From Phoronis australis (Eukaryota; Animalia; Phoronida), in assembly GCA_002633005.1 (NCBI GenBank), contig NMRA01000265.1:506942-563797 (forward strand): a DNA stretch of 56,856 nt, in the 5' to 3' direction. The notes below the pieces were generated by a model that worked only from the letters and a program-made list of their open reading frames with translations, was not told the DNA's origin and did no database searches. A program made the translations under genes and the position numbers. This document shows, one piece after another, positions 27,716 through 40,700 of the stretch. The first letter of the stretch is position 1. Every line of letters begins with the position of its first letter.

Positions 27716-28555
27716 ATAAAAGGCGATATGGATATAGACCGATCAAGACGGTAAAAAAGACTAATTAAATCGGGTGGCATTCTCCTTTAAAAGGTGATTC
27801 TCTCGGTGACGTAGACAAAAGTAAGCCAGTACGCCTAACAGTTGGTTACATGTGACAATTTATGGAACTAGTGGTCTCAAAGATGCTCTTAATATACTGT
27901 AGGATCCAAATTTAAGAGTGTTACCGTTCACAATAGGCCTTAGTGGAACGTTTATACACACTAATACGAGTACGGCGCGCGAAAGGAAACCCAATTGTAT
28001 GTAACTCGCTTGATAATTGCTTCCGTCCTACCTCACTTCTGCGACCACGCAGCGATTACAAGTTACCCTAGAACAACTTACCTCACCTCGATAATGGGGA
28101 GTACATGTAAGTTGTCACGTCGAGTGAATAAGTTTCTCTAGTGTCCAGACAGCACTCACACCTAGTGACAACTCCTTCCAGGAGTAACTTCTTGTAGGGC
28201 AAGTCTGTGTGGACGGTGCTTGTTTGAAATGCTTGCCCTTAATACCAAAGACCAAAACCCCTTTGTATTCATGAAACGTTTTTCTGCATTTTCGTCTTTG
28301 GTATTAACTTAGCCACAGTTTCGGGCTTAACTCAGACAATTTGTAGGTCTTATGCTCTTGGGCTTACTTTCATCTCCTTCGTAGAGCCTATCTCTAAGCA
28401 GTCCTGCCCACAGAGGGAATGATTTCTTACAAATGCGGTTTGTGGAGGCATAAGTATAATCCACCGTATGATAGTGACCATAGTGCTCCAAATTAACACA
28501 AATTAGCTCAAAGTGAGATGATAATGTATATTGCGCCAGTTTTTGATGTTTTAAC

Positions 28556-28713
28556 CTAACTATAGGTGTGGTTAGTTATTTCATTCATTGTTAGCACGGA
28601 TTTATCCAAATCATATTTTCTCTTCATCGACGTTGCATAGATGACGTACGTTACAAGTGCTCCAAGAATAATGCCAGCGAAGCCTGAACCAGCTCCAATT
28701 CCTGCAATAGCAC
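28556..28713 (-). CDS. Last coding exon: TM helix and cytoplasmic tail
   Basis: [52 protein letters not shown]; hydrophobic helix followed by KRK. Confidence 0.85.
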
Positions 28714-31700
28714 CTGTAAAATTATAAACACATCAGCTCGTTTCTCACTCATCTAGTAAGCCTCTTTGGCTACATGAGTGTCACCGCCTAAGGCATTTTA
28801 AATCTTTTAACAGGACGTATCTAAAATTTAGTTATAAACACTTTATTAAAACTCCGGAAGCATGACACTACCTGAATCTAATGAACTTAAAACCAAAGTC
28901 CATCGGTGTCGTACCTGTACTTAGGCCCGAAGGAGCAGGTCCTGTTTGAGAGTTCCCTTCTGCATCGTTTGTCGGACACACAACAATAGTTTGTCTTGAT
29001 GGTGGTGGTGGTGCATTTGTCGACATTGTTGGAACCATCATTGTGGACACTTTGTTTGGTTTTGTCGTAGGTGTTGGTCTAATTGTCGGAGGAACCAGTG
29101 GCTGAGTTGGGGGTGCTGGAAAAATGATAAACGCTGATGTGGCTCGTACCAGTGACATATTATACAAGCAAGCCTCAGGGTTTATCTTTTAACTAGAAAT
29201 CGAACTAGAAATTTATTTTCAACAGTTTACATTCTCCTTTACTACAAACAAAAGATAACATAGTTAAGGTTATTCTGCTCTGGAGTATAATATGGTTTAC
29301 CTGTATGACTGAGTAATACTATTTTCACTTGGCGACCCTAGCATTATGGTTTTGAGTTCGAGTCAGAATTCAAATTCTCGAGACTGTACGCGAAAGCTCG
29401 CTTTTATAACTCACAGCCAGCGACCATCAAGTGTGAGTTCGGACTGTATACCTTGTCACTTTGATAAACCACAAAATACTCGAGGACACAACAGTTAATA
29501 ATTACGAATTGATAATTTGTGTTGAATGAAAACCGAAGTTTTCAACAATATTTTCGAATTCAATTAGAAATAAAACGATTTTAATTTGGATATGTGGTCT
29601 CAACCCAGGGTTTAAACCTGGACCGAGGCTAAATATCCAAATTTTACCTCCAAATTTCAGTCGCCCGTGGAATACTATTGGCCCAATTCACTTAATAGGC
29701 GTAGTGTTACATGATGTTCCAAAGATGACCTTTCACTTCCCTTCCACCCGCCATGAACTAGGATTAGGACCATATACCGTGAAAAGAGCACAGATATGCA
29801 GCCACGACGTGAATCGTGTCGTGTCAAAAACCGGAGCAGTTTGAAGCTTTAGCTTGGTCTCGTCATAGGCAGGACAGTTGGTCACTATAATGGAACGATG
29901 TGGTTTTTGTTCGAATGGAACCATTTTGGCATTAACCCGACGATTAAAACTTTGGGCGCTTGATCAAGGCCCATGGTAGTAAGAATAATTCTCGTTGCTA
30001 ATTCTACAAACTTGTACCTGCAGAAGGCTTGAAACGTTCTTCGATAATCGTGCCATTTGCGTAACGTATACGCTCCTTCAATGAGAACGGTACTGCCTTC
30101 AAGTACTTTGTCTGAAATTAGGAAACTGAGTTGATATACATGTAATACAGGGTGAAGTGCCTTAGCATACAGTTGCATAATATTTGGGTTAAACTATCTG
30201 ATAAACTGTTGTTTAGCTTGTTCACGGAAATTGCATTCCATATCTAATTTGAGTAATAGATTTCAGCACTGAATCAAAGTCACTGCTTTGGCAGCATTGT
30301 CCCAACTGGAGTTTGATGACTACGATTTAAACATTTTGTGGTCGATTATTGGAGACAAATAAAACAACAAGAACAATATACATTTTAAGTTGTATTGGAA
30401 ATTTCAGGGTCATGGCTCTGCAGATAATTATTTCATAGAAGGAACCATGTGTTCCTTAATTACAAGAGAAAACACACACATTTCCGATACCCAAAGTGTA
30501 ATTGAGTATCGGATACTAAGTTACACAGGTTAGCATAGTACCAAATAGGTACATAATACCAAATGGGTATTGGCCGATCATTTGCATAAAATGACATGTT
30601 AACTAATGTGTATGAGCATTCGCAATCACAAGTCAAATTATTAGTGCAAGGCCACGTTGTGTAACATTTGTAATCGTTTCTCTGGCGTCTACTGACTACA
30701 ATCTGACTTTCAACTTACGTCATCTTCAAAGTTGATGGTCATCATGACCGAAAACTTTCCATTGTTTATATCTTGCTCGAGAGCACGTGCTGCTTCCTCC
30801 AGTGGCACTTGAGCCAGAGGAGTCTTGACGCCTCCAACGACATTCTTTATTGGGCCCAGAATAGTGAATCGGAGGTAGACCGACTTTGGATCGTAATCAA
30901 ACTGAAAAGCCATTTTTTGAACTTTTTGCATTGGTGGATTTGAATATTTTCTTATTAATAATAATTAATCCAGGGTAATATACATTACATGTAAACCAAT
31001 AGATATCTCTGTGCACACAAATGAAAGTAAATCTCTCCGTTGTCGGAAAGGAAATTAATTCATGAGCGTAGATTTAGAGATTGACCGAACATGAGAAAGG
31101 TTGGATATACGATACGTATTTCAGATAAGGGTACCTCGATGTTGGACACTCGAATCTGACTGACTTTCGTTGACTCTTTGATGGCCGCCAAGACAAACTG
31201 CTTAAAGTATACGAGGTTCCTGTCGACATTCCCAACGTACGTACCTGTGCAACAACAGGTGGGTAAATGAACAGAAACGAAAATTACTATTTAATTAAAA
31301 CAGATTTACAAACATAATTTTCCAAAAGAAGATTCCTTAGTCTCATAACCGCATTGCTTGGGGCAATCACGGCCACGTTCAATTGTGACACCCATCCGCT
31401 CAATATGGTCATGCTTGTAGTACTTGTCATTTGAAAGTAAAAAAGCTGGACACTTGGGTTTAGACCATACATCAAAGTGCAAATGGCTCCCGCAACAACC
31501 ATACACAGCCCTAACGTCGTGTTTTATTTTCAGCCGTCCTTGCAAATGGACTAAGAATAAGGATACATTTCACGGCAGAGTTAAAAAGCATAAGCTTACG
31601 CGTTGTTTCGTGGCTTGTGCCACAAAGTCATTCATAGGCAGTGACGGGACGAGGAGCAGAGATTCAAAATGTGGGACAGTCCAGTGAATGGAGAATAGTT

Positions 31701-34700
31701 GGAAAGTATGTATTATTGGCATGTTGTTATGAAACTAATACATATACAAAGGAATGTGTTATGCTTCATTGTCTGACTTTGTTACGGAAATTAATTCTTA
31801 CTCCTAAATAGGACCTAATAACATTTTCATTTGGACTTGGGTATTTTTACGGTTCCTCAGTCATAGCCAATTTGACAAAATTTTGCAACACACGTACAGC
31901 ACCCTCATTATATTTCAACACTCGCGTATTCATCGCATTCCAACTCGTACGTTAAGCTGATTCATAGAAATTAAGTCTGATAGGTTACTGACTTCTTCAT
32001 GAGTTCAACGCACCTATATTTTCATGAGCTTTCGTAGTTGTTATTTCGTTAAACTAACCGTTTAATATCAACGAGAAGTGTCGTTTTTCACTGCCTCGGA
32101 AACACTCGCTGACGTCGAAAATCCCCATATTGGGCTCTTGTTCCACGAAATTGAAGAACGACTGAACCTGTGACGTAGATAGCTGGAAAACACATGGCTA
32201 GGCTCAAATTCTCTTAGTCTCGTAAAAGGTAATGCCAAGGCAATTTTTATGCATTATGTCACCGCAAAGCAAATATGCCGCAGTGCCTGGAGCACACGGA
32301 TTTCAATACGTAAGCATAGTGCTATCCAATCAAATATTGTACTTTAAGAATGCCACATACATGCACGAGTTACTGAAAACTAAGACAGAAATCGTGGTGC
32401 TACAGAAATTCCTAGGTTAATGTAGTCTGCCTGATTTGCTACAGAAAGGCAGGCCTACGTACACTGTGTAGGCTCAGACAAAAACAGATATTGCAGATCT
32501 CGTAGGATTTATAAGTTTGGAGAAACCCTCGATAATAGAGATCATTTATCTATAAATATTTCTGGAAAGATTTTCATTAACAAGCAAAAACCGCGAGACT
32601 CGTAATGTCTGTTTACGTCAGAGTCTTTCTGTAAGTTTTCTCCACAACGTAGGGATAACGGAACGTTTTTGATTACAGTGATCTAGAATCTCTGAAACTA
32701 GACGGTAAATGCTTACGTCCGGAATACTGTAAGACAACTTAACCGGTACTTGATGTTCAATCTTCCCTGGTGCCTGGGTACTGAACAAATTCTGGAAAAA
32801 AATTGACATCGAATTTCAAGAGATCTTGTATGACCTAAATGGCACTAACAGTTTACTTATCAGGAAACATTTAAAGCTCTGGACGTATTGGTGAATAAGT
32901 TTACCATCATGCCTTATAAATGATCGTAGCGGAGTAAAGCTTGTTGAAGACGATAGTACTTTGCCAATTGTTGAGCCACTTCGTTTGAAAAATATTTGTT
33001 AATTGAAACGATAATTACGTCTAAGAAGTGCCATTCATAAACTGCCACCTTCTGTTGCTCGTATTCGTTAGGGTAAGGATGCGTCGTAATGAATACATTT
33101 GTTAAAAGCCCTCGAACGGTTCTCTGAAACAGAAAGCACAGAATCTTCACCGTGACCCTCCACACACCATTATTATTGTTATCACATATAGAAAATATTT
33201 AAAGGAAGGTGTGGACACTGGGTCCGCCCCACGACTAAAAACGTCGACAGCCTGCCATTTTGGGGCTTACGCCGAGATTTTCCTTCAAAAAATGTGGTCT
33301 CCGGACTTCACGACACGTTATGCCAGTTAGCGTATCATTGTACAATTATCACTGCTATTTCTCTTAGCCCGAACGCTACACCTAGAATTGGAATGTAGGC
33401 TTGACATCGCTTTTACTAACCAAAAGACCTTTGTCACAGGAATTACGCTACATCTGTAAGTAAGCACAGACTCACATCTCCTTTATAGTACACTGGGTAT
33501 TTATCCAAGTTGAAGAACTCATCAGGAGATCGCATCCGGGAGACATTTGGCGACAGCTGGAAGCCGGCCATTTCATTCACCGGTAGAGTGGTTACCGTGC
33601 AGTTCCCGATAACAGTGTCGATGATGTAGGAGATTCCTTAAAATTGAATTCACGTAATTATGGCATTGCTGACACAATTGATAACTTTATACGTTTGACA
33701 TCAAGGCTTTGTTTAGACAAGTACATATACTTATCAACATCATAGTCTCGTTGCAAGTATATTTGGGCCAGAATATAGGTATACCACAGCTAAAGTGAAC
33801 CAAATTAATCAAAAACGCTGTGCACGTAAAACCTTCTAAATACTAGCAAAAGTGAAAAGACATTAACTTCCATTGTCTCAAAATATGTCACATAATTCCA
33901 TTAAGCGAGTGTATCTTAGTACGATTTCTGCAGCATCCCACCTGTGTTGTAGTCGTCAACACATTTGATTTTGTTAGGTGGGTCGTCTGTAGGCGTACCC
34001 CATTGAGGAAACGGCGTAAAGTCGTAGCGGAAAAACTTGTTATCATTGTCATACCATTCCTAAAAGAGAAGAAGTTAACTTTACCACTGCATAATTTCAG
34101 AAAATATATACTTTTACTGACTCAGAGCTAATATTCAAAATTCTGTAGATACTTGGCTAATTACTTTGGCTTGTCAATAAGGCCCTACAGTCTGTTGGGT
34201 ATTCTAGTTACGTCTTTTTGATGTCCTCTGAACGCCACCGTGGTATCCAATACAGTTTGTTGCATGTGTCAAATTGTTTTAATTACTCCATTCGAACAGT
34301 AGGTTTGATGAGTATTGGACGCACGAAACATGTACTTCTGAGACAGAAGTCGGCTTTAAAAGACATTTTATTGGTCATTCAGTATATTTCCTGACACATT
34401 AGAATTGCCATTAGTTGTCTAAGAAAGAGAAAGAAAAATCGGGTGATACATGAAGTGTGGAATCAGCTATGCATTCACAGTAGATAAGCTTTAGAAAGAA
34501 CAGGTTGGACTCTTCGTGATTTCATTGTCTGTTTGGTTCATAAGAACCCTCGTTATTTCACTCGTACCAATTTCTACTGGAGGATGAAGGCATTACCGAA
34601 ACGGTTTCCCTGTATATGGTAAAAGCTGTCTATGAGTTATATCTCTTTGAATTTAAAAAATCTGAGTATATTTTCCTAGGAAAACTAAATTTCCTGGGAA

Positions 34701-37700
34701 ATTCCATAACCTACGCATGACAAAGAGCCAGTATTCAAGTGAGCGTAAAAAATTAATGGAAAATGGGAAATCTCAAAAAAATGTAGCCGTGCCCCAATGT
34801 AAAAATCCATTACTACATTTAGGAGCCTAAAAACTTCGTTAATACTAATACCCGAAAAGCTTGTATTCAATCAAAATATGTACATGTACGTGTATCTTTG
34901 CTGTTAAGCGAGTAATTTTGTATATTAGACGCGTCGCAACAAACATGGGTGTGAGCCCAGTACTCGCGGGCTCTCGAGACAAATGACTTGTAGGTTCATG
35001 CCTTAAGAAGAACACACATAGCCTTGATTAGAGGGTGAGAGCTGCCTTGGTGTGACATGGCCATAAAGCTGTGAAAGAGTTGTTTTAATACGTTTTAGTA
35101 ACAAGGGCCACTGTTTTCAAGTGAAGCGTTGTTTATTTTTAAGGCGTTTGGGTTAATCTGGCACCTGAAAGCAATTTGAAAAGTTCTGGGCGATTTTCAT
35201 GAAATTAGACGTGTGACGCTGGGAATAAATTGCAGAAAACAAACATAGTAATACGTTTGAAAGCCTCTCCTGTTAACAATTGTCATTTACGTTTGACGTG
35301 ATTGCTGACACCAGTAAAGAAATTGTTATCTACACGATCTGCATTTGAAAATCTACGATTCTCGGTAATTAAGCGCATTTGCCAGAATGGAAATAGGCAA
35401 CACGTCTTTCTCAGAAAGTTTGAAAGTTACGGAAATTGCCCACTACATCACAAGAGAGGTTTTTCCTTTTTATAGAAATGGACTAAATGTTTCAAAGTAC
35501 CATCTACAGCGATTGAAATGCAATACCTTCCACTGAAGTCGCAATATCCAACTACAGTGTAGTCTTAGTCACCTACATTGTTCATTATTCTTTTCGTCGT
35601 TGATGGCTTTGTCTCTGTCGACGTGTCATCATATTCTCATTCATCGTGACCAACTCCAATTTTATAGTCATTAATGTCATTGACGCCTCCCTAAGCACAA
35701 ACCCACATACTCACATCTGATTGCGTAACCAAGTTCAACTCGTTGTATAATACTTCTGATGAGAAACTGAACTGTGAAGGGAACGTGGGGGGTTGTCTTT
35801 TGGTCTTGCGTCGGCCTTGGCATAACGTATACGGCGGAGACTGCAATAAGCATAGATAGAGTCTTTTTTATCTCCAATCTTTGCTTGTCAAACGCAGTTA
35901 TTGTGTCTAGAATCATTAGCAGTGTTCACCATTAGCTTATCCAACTATTACCGGCCCAGAGATGGACAATAATGTATGGCATCTGATTCGGTTCGGACGT
36001 CTGGTTTCTTTAAACATGCATTACACCGTGTCCTCCTTAATTATTAATGGAGATGAAACCGCTTGGTAGTGTACACGTGGAAATTTAGGGAATTTTTCAA
36101 AAGTTAAACTTACCCTGTTTTATTGTCTGTCACACAACAGGCCCAAAGAATCCCCTGTCAGTGGCAGAGCAATCATTCACAACATGCTACATGTACTTAC
36201 CAAAAACACTTCCTCGTCTCGAATAACATTGGTGAAGTGACTGTATTGATACGAGTGGTGCGTCACGCCGAGGTTGTCTTTACCGGAAATCCTGATTTCG
36301 TATGGAACTTGTGTTAAACCACTAGATGATGTCCAGTTGTCTTTGTCTAAAATATAAACACGTTGCCAACAGGAAGTTTAAGAAAATTTTCACTTGCTCA
36401 TGTTCAAGAAAACCAACCAGGATAATGTTCAATAGACACCCGCCCAATCACCTGGCGAGTTCATATAGTTTGTAAAGCGGGCCTTTACGACGAAGAGTAG
36501 AATGTTTGCAAGAGCTTCTAACACATAAAAAGAGATGCATTGTACACACGCCGCAAATGTTCTAAGATCAGGAATGATTGACAATTCAAACAGGAAAACG
36601 CACATCCACAATACCCGTAGGTGCAGGAGCATCAATTTACTGTATAATGGGTAGGGGAGAAGTGCTCGCGTGATACCCAATTGAGAAAACTATGAACCAA
36701 CGTCTCCAATAACAACCTTCACTATACCTGTGAAGAAATAGTTGATAAGCAGAGTGGCGTTGTTACGCGCCTTGCTGTAGACACACGCGTCCCATTGCTC
36801 GACATAAACGCCATCTAACTCAGTCTTTCCCATGTAAACCGTCGGGAAGTTAAGACCAAACTTCAGAGCGGCAACTCCGCTGATCATGGTATCTAGATAG
36901 AAGTGGGTGCTGTTAATATCACTGAAAAGACACGTGACACGCCCAACACATTTATGGCAGTGTCTTAGGCAAATCCAGCAAACTGTGCTCTAGTTGAAAG
37001 GTCGCACATAACCACATTAGGGCATGTTTTGGAACTTTGCAAAATGAGTGGACGTTTCATCGAATTTTTTAACTATTGCGCGTTTACGAACTACAAACAA
37101 ACGATTAAGATAGGCTTATAATTAACACCCCTCTCCTCAATACGGAAAAAGAGCTACTGTTACTACAGCCGTGGGTAAAGAAAGTGGCAACGAACCTGAA
37201 AGGGAGTCATTGTTTCTGGTAAACGGTGCCACAAAGGGAAGATTCTTATCGAGGGCACTCACTTCACAGTTGAACAAATCAGGAAACGGAAGGTCGAGAT
37301 CTGAAAATTGGACGAAATATGGCATGCTTTAATGCATTCTCACTAATTCAATAACGCACGGTTGTTGATACTCCAAAGTCTTGCATTAACAAAACCGACT
37401 TTCATTTCTTTGCGAATTAGATATTCTCAGACTTGGTTTGATAACCAATCTCCTGCCTCTGAACGTACTTGCCCAAAATGTCGTTGTAACTTTTATCATT
37501 AAATCTTCAGACATCCGCTGCTGTTATAACTGCGTCATTTTCGGCACTCACTACAGCATCAACAGCGCAATGACAATTGGTAGCATTGCTATTTCCAACA
37601 GCAGTAAGATATCCAATGAAAATCAAAGTATAGAAGTCGTAGTGTGCGACGTACTAGTAGCACAGACAGCAGCAACAGTAAGAACTGCTTCGAGAGTAGC

Positions 37701-40700
37701 GAAGGAAACCTTCGTTTAGCACAAAATAGACTAGTTTTTGAGAGTGAACAAGGCTGGGTATTTGAATTCGATTATGGGTTCCTTTTTGCAAAAGCCTTCA
37801 AACTAAGAATTATAACTCTGCGTTACAAAATGAAATAACGATGCCATACTTTTACCTGTAATTTGGAAGAATTCGTCTGTGTCGTAATTCGACAAAAATA
37901 ACGATCTCTGGCCAGGTTTAGCCCACCCAGTTGCTCTCACCGACCCTATATTGTCTGTACGGTCGAAGAACTCTTCCAGAAACATATCCATCTTGTCCGA
38001 CAACATCTTCCACTGAATCTTAGCAGAGAATTTGTCTGGTAAGGAAGGCAGCTCGTGCTCTGTGTAGGCTGTGGAAACAGCAAATTCATTTATCCAACTT
38101 CTGGATAAGCTGACTCACCATTAAAAGTATTTGTCCTCACTTTCAGTAGGGCAATGATAGTTTAGCCTGAAATTGTCTTTACCTTGCCTGTATTTTCACT
38201 TCATTATTTTGCCCGAATCTGGAGATAATTATCGTCCCCTTCCCTTAACTAAAAGATCTATGAATCAGATGAGAAATGAAGTCAGTTCATACGGTTTACG
38301 ATAAATCTTTATGTTTGAACAACACTCGCGCGTGAGGTGTTGGGTCCCTTGAGTTTCACCAAAGCGGTCTTAGGCTGCGTTCAGAAAGCCTAAGGCGACT
38401 GGGTATCTTGCAGCTTAGGTGAGGAAACGAAATGTTAGGCCTAAACACACGTAACGCAAGATCTCAGAGTCTCGTCTGCACAAAGTCGTCTTATTTACCG
38501 AATGGCAGGCACAGTTGAAACCCATCGGATGGCCACTGGAAGTGAACGGAACACGCAAGGAATTGATGCACCAACATCCGATTGCCTCAATATTTGCGCG
38601 GCACAGTGTACTGTACTTCGCTGTTGGTGCCGCCATAGACTAATGGTGCCACGCAAATGTCTACTGTTTTTCAACGCGCCCACGGCTCAAACCTAACTGG
38701 ATCAAAGGGAAGTCTTGAGTAAACGCATTGATGTCTAATATCTAATTAATCAACCAACAAGCGCTTAGCCCATTTATTGGCATGCATTCAAGTCGGCGCT
38801 TTAAAACACCAGAATCAACACAAAATATTTGATTTGACTACAAAATTATTTCTACACATATCACGAAGCGCACTGGACAGCAAACACGATTTTAACAATT
38901 AGGATAAATGGGTGAGGCACTGCATACGAAAACATCTTTACTCGCTCTTAAGAGGCGTTTTATAAGAAAACCTGCAAAATGCAATTATGTTGCTTGATCG
39001 ACGTTCACTTCTGAAAACGATCAATAACCTACGTGGAAAAATGGTTGAGTTTTCTGAAATACATGTAGGAATCACTTAATTATTTTTAGAATTTGAATTA
39101 TGATTGAGAAATGTCTCACCTTGTGCAGAAGTTGCCTAGAGCATCGAGATGCGTCTAGATTATTGATTTTCTGAATTAGCTGGTACGCACGCGTTCGAGA
39201 ATTCCCTGCTGCGTAAGGCGTGAAAGTTCACTCTATGTGAGGCAGTTGTCCAACACCGGTCAAATTTAAATAGATAGTACGAATGATAGGTTGTTTATTT
39301 ATACATCCACATCCAATGGTATGAAGTGCGTGTTTTGTCTGTCGTATTGTGGTACATGGCTATACATGTATGTCTCATTAAACAGTTACCAACTACTTCT
39401 ACTAAGGTTCTTAACTTGTCCGCAACATAACTTAATTTCCCACCCATTTACACTCAATTCTGAAGGTGGTGCAGGAATCACGGCGCGAATAGCCCCATCA
39501 CAACTGTATGGTCAAAACTTCGGAGCTTTAAAATGGCTCCCCCAGTTACGCAGGTTTTCTCAAAAAACTTTTTAAGAAAGAGAGCATTCCCCTAAAAAAA
39601 ACATTGCACTTGGAGACCGCATTTTGTCCCAGGAATAATTCATCACACCTACCAGGACAGTTGCCCCATTTCTTGTCTTTGTCGTAATTACCAGTCGTGG
39701 CACACCAAGGCTTATCGTGACCGAACGGGATGCATTTGTTGTAGGCTTTGCCGTTGTATATAAATGGAAACACGCACCGGTGTCCCTTACCAGTTCCGTC
39801 TGTCGTTGCTGCGGAAACAAGAGCTCATGTCAACGTTCAAACAAAGCAGGTGGATGGTTTACCCGGTTTTGGAAGTAGACATGCCTACATATTCCTATTA
39901 ATGATGGCTACAAAGAATTCTATATGAGGACAAGATAACTTGAAACACGTTGTAAAACTTGTAAACTCTACCTAATTTTGAAGTATGGTTAACGCTGGGG
40001 CCAGTTACTCGGCCATTGTGGAAACCCAACACTCTAAACCAAAGCATCCACCGTGTGGCCAGGCCATACTAGAAACAAATGTTTAGCGAGGAGCTGCACG
40101 TGTGGGAGGGGGTGTGCAGAGTGAGCCGTTCTTCACGAGCGAAATCAGAACAGGGGTGTCGGCACACCATCCTTAAAATTACTTAGTGCACTTGAGCTTT
40201 GGAAGGTTTTGTTTTTATTGTGATGCCGGTAACAAGTGAGAGCAATCCTACATCGACATCAGTTTAGTTCCCAGGAAGCCAACAATTCACCCCCCTCGCA
40301 ATCTTCACTAAGTTTTGACTCCATTTGGGCTTCCTTACCCCAACGTTTGATTCATCCCCAGTAAAGCGCGTCTTGGGACAAACCACAGTCTCTACATGAT
40401 TTTCTTGGGTTTTCTAGGAGGTACTATCCCTACTGACTAGAGGACGCTGCTTCGATGTCCTCCTAGCTGATTTACGAGGGATTACGCTGGAAAGCATTGC
40501 GACATCTTTCTAAAAGAGTTCCCAGCAAGGGAGGTATAGGTTGGGGATATAGACCAAAGCGAAACAAACATCAATGACACGAGAGGTGTACCAACGAGCG
40601 CATTTCGGTTTTAACGCACCGGAGAAGTTTCGCTGGCGGTTCTGTCATATGTTGCCATCAAATAGCAACGGAGACCCTTTCAAAGAAATCAATTGAAGCA

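Noticed and set aside
29733-31545. Intronic ORFs with similar YGPNPS / YGLNPS peptides
   Set aside because: Similarity is only a few residues and neither has splice sites fitting the gene; possibly old repeat debris
36893-36921. Upstream acceptor cttttcag at 36922 for the ependymin-domain exon
   Set aside because: It needs a phase-2 donor that is not available; the acceptor at 36893 keeps the frame
37438-37838. Plus-strand Ser/Thr/Ala-rich ORFs inside an intron
   Set aside because: Low-complexity acagca-type sequence with no recognisable domain or gene structure
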